From Acholeplasma laidlawii PG-8A (GTDB lineage Bacteria > Bacillota_I > Bacilli_A > Acholeplasmatales > Acholeplasmataceae), in the NCBI RefSeq assembly GCF_000018785.1, contig NC_010163.1:810001-842000 (forward strand): a DNA stretch of 32,000 nt. Reading direction: 5' to 3'. The notes beneath the pieces were generated by a model. The model ran no database searches. It had not been told where the DNA came from and saw only the letters and a list, made by a program, of their open reading frames with translations. Positions 8,147 through 17,359 of the stretch are shown in pieces. The translations under genes were made by a program, and so were the position numbers. The stretch's first letter is position 1. Every line of letters starts with the position of its first letter.

Positions 8147-8201
8147 ATACCCCTATGTAGGGGGTATATATATCTTACAATAGTAACTACCAATTTGTCA
8201 A
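8147..8201 (-). promoter_or_regulatory. Promoter plus GC-rich dyad resembling a CsoR-type operator
   Basis: Minus strand: -35 TTGACA (8201..8196), 18-nt spacer, -10 TAAGAT (8177..8172), then the dyad ATACCCC-N7-GGGGTAT (8167..8147) just upstream of the SD. Confidence 0.55.
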
Positions 8202-8221
8202 GGAGCTGGCATTATAAATAT

Positions 8222-8245
8222 AAAAAAAAGACCTTTATCAGATCT
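8222..8245 (-). terminator. Intrinsic terminator, probably the original ssrA terminator displaced by the IS3 insertion
   Basis: Minus strand: AGATCT-gataa-AGGTCT followed by T8. It lies 7 nt beyond the left end of the IS. Confidence 0.55.
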
Positions 8246-8252
8246 CATCATT

Positions 8253-9746
8253 TGTAATGCTTTAGTTTTCTTTTCTTGGAGAAGATTCTAATGAACCCTC
8301 ATATTTATTATATATTATTTAAAGAGCGATTTCTATAATCAATAGGATTCGTTTTTAATTTTAGAACGATTCTAGTGTTGTTATAGTATTCAATGTATTC
8401 ATCAATACCTTTAATTAATTCATCAGCTGAATTAAATTCATCTTCATGTCCATACCACATTTCATCTTTGATTCTGCCAAAAAAGTTTTCGGTCGGACTA
8501 TTATCTAAACAGTTTCCTTTTCTACTCATGGATTGAATCATCCCTAATTCAATTAGTCTCTCTTGATATCTCGAATTTTGATATTGTATGCCTTGATCTG
8601 ATTGGATCATCATACCCTCAATTTGATTTCCATGCTTTTGCTTCAATTGAGTCAGCATATGCATCACTTTATCGACCTTGGCATCTTTGGCTGCTACATA
8701 AGACAGAACTTCTCTGGTATTAAAATCAATAACTGGAGATAAATAAACTGCTGCGTTTTTAACTCTAAACATTGTAATGTCTGTACCTGCTTTTTCAAAG
8801 GGTCTTGTTGTTATAAATGTTTGTTTCATATGATTAGGCTTTACATATCCTTTATCCCCTTCATATGATGAGTATTTAAGCCATTTCTTGCTTCTAAACT
8901 TAAGATATCCTTTGGCTCTCATAATCTCTAAAACTTTATTGTTTCCTATCTTATATCCTAAATTCTTTAATTCAATGTAAATCGCGTTGTAATGCTGTCT
9001 TTTTTTATGCTTCTTTAAATATAACTCATCAATTTTATCTTCAATTTCTTGATACTTATTTACCTTGTTTTTAATGACTGATAGATTGTAATCATAAACC
9101 GATGGTGCCATATCTATGATTGCTAGAAGATGTTCTAATTTGTGTTTCTTCCTTAACCCTGCAACAATTAAAACTTTATCCTTATTTGTTGCTCCTTCTA
9201 GCTTTTGGGTTAAGGACTGAGATTTTTTTAAGTATTTTATCTCTGCACGTAGTCGCTCGTTTTCTTCCTTTAATTTTTTATCTACGATATTTCTTGCTCG
9301 CTCATCTTTTAATACATAATTCTTTCTTGGATATGTATCTTGTACGCCTGCTTCACCTTTGTTTTTATAGTTCTTAATCCAGTCTTGTAAAATGGTCGGA
9401 TCTGTTAATCCAAAATCAAGCGCGACACTTCTGATTGATTCATTACCTTCAAGCACTCTTTTTATCGCCAATAGTTTGGTATCTCAATAGTATATCTTGC
9501 CTTCTCGATTCAAAAATACCTCTGAACCGAATTTTTTGTACAAATTGACATTGTACTTAATATTACTGACATCGTAATTATCATATGCTTGTTATATATG
9601 TGATAATGATTTACCTTTCAGTAAATGTTCCTCTACCATTTTTAATTTCATTTCCTGCGTGATTCTCATAAAAAAAGTTCCCCTATCTTTAGATTGGTTA
9701 TATTCATTATAACCTTTCTCCAAGATTTGGAAACTATTTCATTCTA
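8253..9746 (-). mobile_element. IS3-family insertion sequence (IS150-like), about 1.5 kb; ends uncertain by about 5 bp
   Basis: Imperfect terminal inverted repeats. The left end TGTAATGCTTTAGTTTTCTTTTCTTGGAGAA and the reverse complement of the right end TAGAATGAAATAGTTTCCAAATCTTGGAGAA agree at roughly 22 of 32 positions. The element encloses an rve/DDE transposase frame. I found no clear target duplication. Confidence 0.7.
8308..9669 (-). pseudogene. IS3-family transposase (single fused frame) with two in-frame stop codons in the N-terminal HTH region
   Basis: The frame from the ATG at 9669 gives MRITQEMKLKMVEEHLLKGKSLSHI*, with TAA at 9594..9592. It continues ...REGKIYY*, with TGA at 9486..9484, then DTKLLAIKRVLEG..., and runs into the tracked 387-aa ORF (leucine zipper, HTH, DDE core GTDITMF...SDQG...NCLDN). 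Confidence 0.8.
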
Positions 9747-9749
9747 GTA

Positions 9750-10104
9750 TGGTGGAACCGATGGGAGTCGAACCCATGTACGAGACTTTTCTTCTATTAT
9801 AATCTACATGTTTAGTCAATTTAATAATTTAATACCGCTTAGTAAATTAACAAAATTAGCAAGTACGAGGCTAGTTTCGAATTTTCATGCTATACACCTA
9901 GACATATGTATAACCATAACATGCTTTACTGAGGCAAGTCTAAAGTCACATGTAAACTATTAGAGTGCCAAGCAATTTGTCTTAATTAAGCAAATGCTAA
10001 AGTTTGTGTTTGGTTTCCGGTTATTATAACCTCGTGTTTTTAAGCGCACTACCGCTACATGCATATAATAGATTCCAGGCCCCGGCAAATCCATAAACGG
10101 CCCC
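9750..10104 (-). ncRNA. ssrA: tmRNA (transfer-messenger RNA)
   Basis: Minus strand: 5' GGGGCCG pairs with CGGTTCC-ACCA at the 3' end, including a G3:U wobble. T-arm GGGTTCGACTCCC. Internal tag frame GGA AAC CAA ACA CAA ACT TTA GCA TTT GCT TAA (10018..9986) gives (A)GNQTQTLAFA*. Confidence 0.93.
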
Positions 10105-10115
10105 ATTCCATATCT

Positions 10116-10144
10116 ATTTTACCTTTTTATTTAGAACTTAGCAA
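10116..10144 (-). promoter_or_regulatory. Candidate ssrA promoter overlapping the stop codon of the upstream gene
   Basis: Minus strand: -35 TTGCTA (10144..10139), 17-nt spacer, -10 TAAAAT (10121..10116), 11 nt before the mature GGGG 5' end. Confidence 0.5.
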
Positions 10145-10904
10145 GTTTTTGTTGTACTAATGGTACACGTTGTAGTGCTAAATAAATTGGTGTACCAATA
10201 AGTGCAGCAATCACTGCTTCTGTTAAACCATTAAATCCTACAATAAATACGATAACATCCATTACTTGATCTGTTTGAAAGACTTCAAAGAATGCATCAT
10301 ATGAAAATAATGCTACTGAAGCCAATACTAAGAATGTATGGATTAAGGTGCCTATAATGAATATTGAAGGTACAACAAGTGATTTAAAATCATGTTTTAA
10401 ATATAAATAAACATATAGCCCAACAAACACTAGTATGATAGCTCCAGCAATAATATAATTTGCATTATCACTTAAATTACTAAAAACAACAAATGTACCT
10501 TCAAAGATTGCAACACCTGTAATTGCGGCAACTAATGCAATAATAATGAAACTTCCAAATTTAGTATTTTTTAAGATTTTAAATAATCTAAATAAGAAGA
10601 ATACAGCAAATACAAATAAAACTCTTGGTAGTATACTTACTAACGGATTAATAAATGCAATATTAAGCCCTACAGGGTTCATTGCTGCCTGTATTAAACT
10701 TACTACACCAAATGCTAATCCCGGTATCCAAAAGTACTTAAAAGATAGCAAAACAGCTGCAATTAAAACTGGGATATGTAGTATTGTGATTGGATTACCT
10801 GGAACAATTGTGATGAATCCAATTTGTGGTACCATACCCATTAAAAAAATTAGTGCAACAAAAATAGAAGTTAACACTAATTCGAATGTTTGATTTTTTC
10901 TCAT
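10131..10904 (-). CDS. Polytopic membrane protein, ECF-transporter S-component-like (substrate unknown)
   Basis: 257 aa with 7-8 TM segments. N-terminal pattern LTSIFVALIFLMG...ITILHIPVLIAAVLL and C-terminal LTEAVIAALIGTPIY resemble ECF S components. It is longer than typical members. Confidence 0.45.
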   Translation of the reverse strand: MRKNQTFELVLTSIFVALIFLMGMVPQIGFITIVPGNPITILHIPVLIAAVLLSFKYFWIPGLAFGVVSLIQAAMNPVGLNIAFINPLVSILPRVLFVFAVFFLFRLFKILKNTKFGSFIIIALVAAITGVAIFEGTFVVFSNLSDNANYIIAGAIILVFVGLYVYLYLKHDFKSLVVPSIFIIGTLIHTFLVLASVALFSYDAFFEVFQTDQVMDVIVFIVGFNGLTEAVIAALIGTPIYLALQRVPLVQQKLAKF

Positions 10905-11025
10905 ATAATTTTCTCCTTTTTAGGCCACTTTGGGTCCCATAAGTTAAAAATATTATACCACACGTAAAATATATACTTCAAGTATATAACCTAGGTATTT
11001 AAAATATGTAAAAAAATTTTAAAAT

Positions 11026-11532
11026 TTATAGATCTAGTCTCATTAAATTGTTATCAAAGTACTCATTATCTATATTAGTAGAACGTTTATCCACTGCATA
11101 TGTGTAGAATCCAAACTTTTCATAAAGTCCGATTGCTTTATGATTATTAGATAATACTTCAAGGTAAATTGTTTCAGTAATACCGGTAGACTTCGCATAA
11201 TCTATAAGTGTTTTTATTAACATAGAACCAACGCCTTGATTCCAGTAAGCTTTTAAAACAGATATTCCAATACTTGATTTATGCTTTGTTCTATCTTTTG
11301 TATGAAGTTGTATGTGAGCAGTAGCTATGATTTTTGAATCATCTTTAACGACATACATTTTTTTGTAAGGTGTCTTACTAAATGAATCTAACACGTTCAT
11401 TTCTTCTTCTATGCTTAATCCAACACCTTCTGCACCAAATAATAAGAAATTGGTTTCGCTTCCAACTTCTTTTAAGTAGCTTAACATAGCTTGAGCATCT
11501 TCTTTTTGAACTAATTCTACTTTAAATGTCAT
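11026..11532 (-). CDS. GNAT-family N-acetyltransferase
   Basis: Acetyl-CoA binding core WNQGVGSMLIKTLIDYAK and LEVLSNNHKAIGLYEKFGF. 168 aa. Confidence 0.8.
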   Translation of the reverse strand: MTFKVELVQKEDAQAMLSYLKEVGSETNFLLFGAEGVGLSIEEEMNVLDSFSKTPYKKMYVVKDDSKIIATAHIQLHTKDRTKHKSSIGISVLKAYWNQGVGSMLIKTLIDYAKSTGITETIYLEVLSNNHKAIGLYEKFGFYTYAVDKRSTNIDNEYFDNNLMRLDL

Positions 11533-11966
11533 ATTGTATCCTCTTGTTGTCTATCAATGAGTGAAATTTGTCTTAACCTTTCACTTACAACTCGATCAGC
11601 ATCTTTTGTTTGAAATTGTATCATCTTTATCAAATAATCACAACACTTAAGAGCATGTGTCTTAACATGGATTGTAGATACCATATGAGCAAGCGCTCTA
11701 ATATAGAACTGTTTATCATTTTCTAGTGTTCTAGCTAATTCATGTAACTTAAAAGCATACGCCCTAGCCGTGGTTACATTTGGGATACCCAAAAGTGATT
11801 CATCAATTAATGAAAGTGCAGTTTTATTATATAAATCAAACTCATATTTAAAATGCGGTAACATGACATGCTTAATCCAGACTAAAGTAGAGGCTTTAGT
11901 CTGGAGGTTAAATTTATCCATAAAATTGTCATAAACATTAAGTTTATATTGATTGAATAATTTCAT
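11529..11966 (-). CDS. Hypothetical all-helical protein (145 aa)
   Basis: ORF whose stop overlaps the GNAT start by 4 nt (ATGA). The pattern W..HV.P.F...AR.YA..LH..AR...T.HV..HA resembles, from memory, a family often annotated 'putative immunity protein'. I could not verify this. Confidence 0.4.
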   Translation of the reverse strand: MKLFNQYKLNVYDNFMDKFNLQTKASTLVWIKHVMLPHFKYEFDLYNKTALSLIDESLLGIPNVTTARAYAFKLHELARTLENDKQFYIRALAHMVSTIHVKTHALKCCDYLIKMIQFQTKDADRVVSERLRQISLIDRQQEDTI

Positions 11967-12002
11967 AATTTAAAATTGTTAATCACCTTGTTTAAATTGA
12001 TT

Positions 12003-12023
12003 AAAAAGGTGCGTTAAGCACCT
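12003..12023 (-). terminator. Short intrinsic terminator overlapping the dapB stop codon
   Basis: Minus strand: AGGTGC-ttaac-GCACCT followed by TTTT. The 5' arm lies within the last dapB codons (GGT GCT TAA). Confidence 0.45.
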
Positions 12024-12736
12024 AGCAAATCATCCATACCAAATAATCCACTCTTCTTATCTTTAATGAATTTAGCTGCTTTAATAGCACCTTCAGCAAA
12101 AACACTCTTTTCATGAGCAATATGTGTAAATTCTAAAGTCTCACTTAGGTTAGAAAAAATGACAGTATGCTCTCCAACATAGTTTCCTAGTCGAAGGCTA
12201 TGTACGTGAACTCCATTTTCACTGGATTCACCATGAATAAGTGCTCTTTTTTCAGGTAATGCATCATTGACTGCATCATATAGTTTAAACGCTGTGCCAC
12301 TTGGACTATCTTTTTTAAAACGGTGATGTTTATCAATCATTTCTATATCATAACTACTATCTATTTGACTGCTTACAACTTTGAGTGCGTTTGTCAGTAA
12401 GTGTATACCAACAGAATAGTTTGCAGAATAAAAGATAGGTATATGTTGACTATATGATTTTATTAAAAGAAAATCATCTTCACTATAACCTGTGGTTGCA
12501 AGTACTAATGCTTTATGATGTTTTTTGGCAAAGTCTAAAAGTGCAGGTAATATAGTAGGTGTGGAAAAATCAATTAACACATCAAAGCTACCTAAGTCAT
12601 CTAACTTATCTACTATTTGTTCTGACCTTTTACGATCATAACCACCAATGTATTCAAGTGTTTCATCTAATAATATTTGTTTTTTTAAGACCTGGCCCAT
12701 TTTACCAAGTGCACCACTAATTGCTATTTTAATCAT
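12014..12736 (-). CDS. dapB: 4-hydroxy-tetrahydrodipicolinate reductase
   Basis: N-terminal [11 protein letters not shown] and catalytic-region motif [15 protein letters not shown]. Confidence 0.9.
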
Positions 12737-13610
12737 TATCCACCAACTTATAGTCTCTTAAAACTTTTAACAACATACGGTTATGTTTAGCACCAAGTTT
12801 CGTTAAAGGTAATCTTGGTTTACCTACTTCAAATCCTAAATGTTCTAGTGCTCTTTTAACAGGTATAGGATTGGATTCAACAAACATCATATCATGAAGT
12901 TTGTTGAATTTTATAAATGCTTCTTTATTATCTATACCAGCTCTAAAGTTTTGAATAAGTAGTGAAGTAGATAATGGAATAATATTTGCAGTAACAGATA
13001 TGACACCATGACCACCTAAACTTAAAACATCATAGACTTGGTCATCATTGCCACTTAAGACAATAAAATCTTCATGTGTTTGGTCAATAATAGATTTAAC
13101 TTGTTCTAAGTTACCACTTGCTTCTTTAATACCTATAATATTTTTGACTTTACTTAAGCGTTTAACTGTATCTACTTCTAGGTTCACACCGGTTCTAGAT
13201 GGTACATTATAAAGCATAATAGGTAAATTAATTGATTTAGCTACAGCCTTATAGTGCGCTAATAACCCATTTTGAGTTGGTTTATTATAGTAAGGTGTAA
13301 CAATTAATAAAGCATCAGCACCTAATCTTTGTGCAGTTCTTGAAAAAGATATCGTTTGTTTTGTATCATTACTTCCTGTACCTACCATAATAGGTATACG
13401 CTTATTAATGTAATTTACTACAAACGAAATAACTTCTTTTTTCTCACTTGAGGTAAGTGTTGGTGATTCAGCTGTAGTACCTAATATCACTAAAAAATCT
13501 GTTTCATTCTCAATATGAAAATCTAATAATTTTTGTAGTACTGGGTAGTTAATTTTAGACCCCTTAAATGGAGTAACTAGTGCAACCCCTGAACCTGTAA
13601 ATTTTTTCAT
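12729..13610 (-). CDS. dapA: 4-hydroxy-tetrahydrodipicolinate synthase
   Basis: [24 protein letters not shown] and the Schiff-base lysine context IGIKEASG. Confidence 0.92.
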
Positions 13611-14593
13611 TTTATAAACTCCTTATAGATATACTCACCTATTTGTACTGCATTAAGTGCAGCACCTTTTCTAACATTATCAGCTACTGTCCATAATAGT
13701 ACTTTGTTTGGATAGTTTAAGTCTGTTCTGATACGACCGATGTGAACTAAATTCGAGCCACTTGCATCTAAAGGTGTTGGATAATCATTGGATGGATATA
13801 ACTTAACTTCGTCTATTTTTCCGTAAGCATTCTTTAGTTTATCCAAGTCAATATTTTCTTTTGTGGTAGCTTTAATTTGGACACTATGTCCTACTTTTAC
13901 TGGGACTCTGACTGTTGTTGCAGTTATGTTTATCTTTGAAGCTAATATTTTTTGAGTTTCTAAAATCATCTTCATTTCTTCTTTAGTATAACCATTTTCA
14001 AGAAATTGATCTATCTGAGGTATAACATTATTATATATCGTTTTTGGATAAAAATTAGGTTCTAAGCCTTGTGATGTTCTCTCTAAATCCTCTATACCGT
14101 TAACCCCTGAACCACTGACTGCTTGATAGGTTGAATAGTCAACATCTACTAAATTAAATAATTGATGTACTGTATGAAGTGCTACAACACTTTGTATGGT
14201 AGAGCAATTTGGATTTGCAACTATATAGTCACTAGATTTTAGCACATGACTATTCACCTCAGGTACAACTAATGGGATATGTTCTATCATGCGGTGCGCT
14301 GAGGAGTTATCTACAACATATATCTTTTTAGAACTTGCGATTTTAGCGTATTTTAAAGCAAGGTCACTTTCTATTGCAAAAAACACGATATCTAAAGGAT
14401 CATTAAAACTATCTTCGTTCAGTTCTTTGATAATGATAGTTTGACCTTTAAATGCAACTTCTTTACCCTTAGAACGACTGGATGCGTATACATAAAGCGT
14501 ATCTACCGGTAAGGATGATTGTTCAAGTATTTCTAGTAGAGTTTGACCAACCAAACCTGTAATACCTACAATACCAACATTAACTTTTTTCAT
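13607..14593 (-). CDS. asd: Aspartate-semialdehyde dehydrogenase
   Basis: [11 protein letters not shown], active-site [16 protein letters not shown] prefer the ATG at 14593 (SD AAAGGTGGA 5 nt upstream, [10 protein letters not shown]) over the tracked ATG at 14617. Confidence 0.9.
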
Positions 14594-14609
14594 AGATTCC
14601 ACCTTTTGA

Positions 14610-15812
14610 CTAAACATTGAAGTGTTTAGCTAATACTTCAACGACTTTATTCTTATATTTATTATCAAATGTATAGGAAATAGATATTTCAGATGTTGTA
14701 ACTAACTTCACTTCTAAATCATTTTCTGCAAATAATTCAAATACTTCTGCAGCAATACCAGATTGGGAGCGCATCGCACTACCTACAATAGATACCTTTA
14801 CAACTTCATTTACTTTTAATACTTGAATGGTTGGGTTTTTAGCTTCAAATTTATCAAGTACTTCGTTGACTGCATCTAAATCATCAGCATGGGCCGTAAA
14901 TGCAATATTAATGGTACCACCCACACTAGGGTTTTGGTTAATAACGTCAATATTAACTTCGTTTAGTGCTAAATCTTTAAACAGTTCTGCAGTAATCTTA
15001 GTTGAATAAGGTATACGGCGAATTGAAACCATAACTACTTTTTCTGTAACAGCAATACCAGTAATTTTTTTATCTTCCATGTTTTGTTTGTACTCCTTAA
15101 TGTAAGTCCCTTCTAAAGGGTTTTTAAGTGATGTGACATAGACTGTTACACCATAGTTTTGAGCAATATCAATGCTTCTAGGTTCCATGATATTCGCACC
15201 TAAAAATGCCATTTCTTTCATTTCTTCATAATCTATTTGGGTTAATTTTTGAGCATCCGGATAAATCCTAGGATCCACACCATAAATGCCTGAAACATCT
15301 GTATAAATTTCACAAATAGCACCAAGTTTAGCTGCTAGAGCAATTGCTGTTGTATCTGATCCACCACGACCTAAAGTAGTGACTTCACCTGCTTCATTAA
15401 AACCTTGAAAACCTGCGACAATGACAATATTACCTGCCTGAATATGCGCTTCAACACGTCTTGTATCAATACTTGATATTTTATTTTTAGTATGAGTACC
15501 CTTGGTTAAAATCCCTGCTTTTTCTCCAGTTAAAGCAATCGATTTATAACCCATATCATTTAACATAATAGAAAGTAACGCGATTGATACAACCTCACCA
15601 GTTGATATGAGTAAATCCACATCACGCTTATTTGGATATTTTGTAATATCTTTGGCCATTTTAATTAAACTATTTGTAGTTTTTCCCATGGCTGATAATA
15701 CAACAACGAGTTCATTATAGGTGTTTTTCTTTTCAATAATCGTTTGGGCAACTTCTTTCATTAAATCTAGGTTTTGAACACTAGAACCACCAAACTTTAA
15801 AACTGCTCTCAT
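14610..15812 (-). CDS. lysC: Aspartate kinase
   Basis: VLKFGGSSV, GRGGSDTTA, and a C-terminal ACT-domain pair. Confidence 0.92.
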   Translation of the reverse strand: MRAVLKFGGSSVQNLDLMKEVAQTIIEKKNTYNELVVVLSAMGKTTNSLIKMAKDITKYPNKRDVDLLISTGEVVSIALLSIMLNDMGYKSIALTGEKAGILTKGTHTKNKISSIDTRRVEAHIQAGNIVIVAGFQGFNEAGEVTTLGRGGSDTTAIALAAKLGAICEIYTDVSGIYGVDPRIYPDAQKLTQIDYEEMKEMAFLGANIMEPRSIDIAQNYGVTVYVTSLKNPLEGTYIKEYKQNMEDKKITGIAVTEKVVMVSIRRIPYSTKITAELFKDLALNEVNIDVINQNPSVGGTINIAFTAHADDLDAVNEVLDKFEAKNPTIQVLKVNEVVKVSIVGSAMRSQSGIAAEVFELFAENDLEVKLVTTSEISISYTFDNKYKNKVVEVLAKHFNV

Positions 15813-15813
15813 A

Positions 15814-17076
15814 TTATACTAATGCCTCATCATGACTTAGAAGGTCCATGAAACTTTCTTTTCTTACAACCACTTTAGATTGACCATCTTTTACAAATAT
15901 AACCGGTGGGATAGTTAATCTATTATAATGGGATGCCATAGAATAATGATATGCTCCTGTAGTTCTTACAACTAATAAATCATCTGGTTTTGCATCAGGT
16001 AGTAAAATATCTTCAATAATGATATCCCCACTTTCACAAGCTTTTCCTGCTACTGTGTAGGTTGTATCATGAACCATATCTTCCTTACCTACTATAAATG
16101 CGTCATATTTAGCCTGATAAAGTGCAGTACGCATATGATCATTCATTGCACCATCAATAAACAAGTATTTCTTTTTATTAATGGTTTCTTTAATTTGATT
16201 GACTGTATAAAGTGTATAGCCTGCTTCAGCAACAATACTCCTACCTGGTTCAATATAGACGTGTGGTACCGAAATCTCTAAACTGTTTGCTGTTTGATAT
16301 ACAATTTCCAATAGTTCTGGTAATACTTTATTTAAGTCTAATCTAGTGTCTGATTTAATGTATTTCACACCAAATCCACCACCTAAATTGACTGCCTTCA
16401 AGTCAATTTGGTAAAGCTCTTTAATTTCTTTATAAAATTTTAATATGGTAATTGCATGATCATAAAATGAATGTTCTTCTAGAATTTGAGAACCAATATG
16501 AGAGTGTGTACCTAAAAAATTAATATTTGGGTTGTCATTTAACGACTTAATTGTCTCTTTAGTTCTAGGATCTAATATCGACATACCAAATTTAGAATCT
16601 AAGGTTGAAGTTTTAATATATTTATGCGTATGTGCATCAATACCAGGATTAACTCTTAACATGACACTGACTTTATATTTATCATTAACAATCTCGTTTA
16701 AAATACTTGCTTCATAATCATTATCAACTATAATTGTACCCACTCTAAAATTAAGTGCCATAAGCAGTTCATCTTTGGTCTTATTATTACCGTGTAACAC
16801 GATCTTTTCAACAGGAAACCCTGCTTTAAGCGCTGTATATAACTCACCTTGAGATACACAGTCTAAGTGAAGTCCTTCACTCATAATAAGTTGTGCCATA
16901 GCTATCGTTAAAAATGCTTTAGAAGCATAGATAACATTACTTGACACTTTAGGATGTCTAAACTTATTTATAAACACCTTACATTGTTTGCGAATAGCTG
17001 CTTCATCATAAATATAGAGTGGTGTTTGATACTTACTTTTTAAATCTTCGAAACTGATATGTTGAATTGTTGTCAT
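15814..17076 (-). CDS. lysA: Diaminopimelate decarboxylase
   Basis: TPLYIYDE, YASKAF (PLP lysine), HSHIGSQ, GGGFG, EPGRS, CESGD. The ATG at 17076 has SD AAAGGAAG 7 nt upstream. The tracked start at 17094 is a TTG inside that SD region. Confidence 0.92.
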   Translation of the reverse strand: MTTIQHISFEDLKSKYQTPLYIYDEAAIRKQCKVFINKFRHPKVSSNVIYASKAFLTIAMAQLIMSEGLHLDCVSQGELYTALKAGFPVEKIVLHGNNKTKDELLMALNFRVGTIIVDNDYEASILNEIVNDKYKVSVMLRVNPGIDAHTHKYIKTSTLDSKFGMSILDPRTKETIKSLNDNPNINFLGTHSHIGSQILEEHSFYDHAITILKFYKEIKELYQIDLKAVNLGGGFGVKYIKSDTRLDLNKVLPELLEIVYQTANSLEISVPHVYIEPGRSIVAEAGYTLYTVNQIKETINKKKYLFIDGAMNDHMRTALYQAKYDAFIVGKEDMVHDTTYTVAGKACESGDIIIEDILLPDAKPDDLLVVRTTGAYHYSMASHYNRLTIPPVIFVKDGQSKVVVRKESFMDLLSHDEALV

Positions 17077-17095
17077 ATTAGGTCTTCCTTTCAAT

Positions 17096-17315
17096 TAAAA
17101 ATAAAAATCACTAGCAAAAGCTAGTGATTTAATAAATTAACTAAAACTTCTGCCTATTCCCTTAATAATGCGCAATTCTTTATAACTTTAGGCGAGTTAT
17201 AAGAAACAGTTGTAAATTTATTCAATTTACACCCAGCAAATGTTTATGCTTCGGCGAATGACACCTTTCCGTGATGTACTATTTGTATTCGCAGCCTCAT
17301 TATTCGAGATTGATT
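17096..17315 (-). promoter_or_regulatory. Lysine riboswitch (L-box) with intrinsic terminator
   Basis: Minus strand: GAGGCTGCGAA..AGTA..GGAAAGG..TTCGCCGAAGCA..TTTGCTGG..ATTGAATAAATTTACAACTGT match L-box core blocks as I recall them from B. subtilis lysC. Terminator AAATCACTAGC-tttt-GCTAGTGATTT plus a T-run (17130..17096). Confidence 0.85.
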
Positions 17316-17359
17316 TAATTTTGTCTACATTATAACATGTAATAAAAATAAATGTTGAA

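Noticed and set aside
9484-9486. In-frame TGA in the IS3 transposase read as Trp (genetic code 4), implying transfer from a Mycoplasma or Spiroplasma
   Set aside because: All three Trp codons I checked in the same gene are TGG. A TAA also interrupts the frame, and host genes terminate with TGA. Ordinary nonsense decay is the simpler explanation.
2500-9750. Classical genomic island integrated into ssrA by a tyrosine integrase
   Set aside because: There is no integrase gene and no duplicated copy of the ssrA 3' end anywhere in 2400-9750. Only the IS3 copy abuts ssrA, and the probable ssrA terminator lies directly beyond it.
9750-9790. A tRNA-like 3' end (GGGTTCGACTCCC...ACCA), considered as a tRNA gene
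   Set aside because: It is the tRNA-like domain of the 355-nt tmRNA. No anticodon arm lies at tRNA distance, and the 5' acceptor strand lies at 10098-10104.
10905-11025. Possible riboswitch in the leader of the ECF-S-like membrane protein
   Set aside because: The leader after the TGtGGTATAAT promoter is only about 45 nt, and I recognise no conserved aptamer blocks in it.
11026-11966. GNAT toxin / antitoxin module (TacT/AtaT-like)
   Set aside because: The upstream protein is 145 aa and helical, not a short RHH/DUF1778 antitoxin. The GNAT has generic housekeeping-type motifs, and there is no mobile context.
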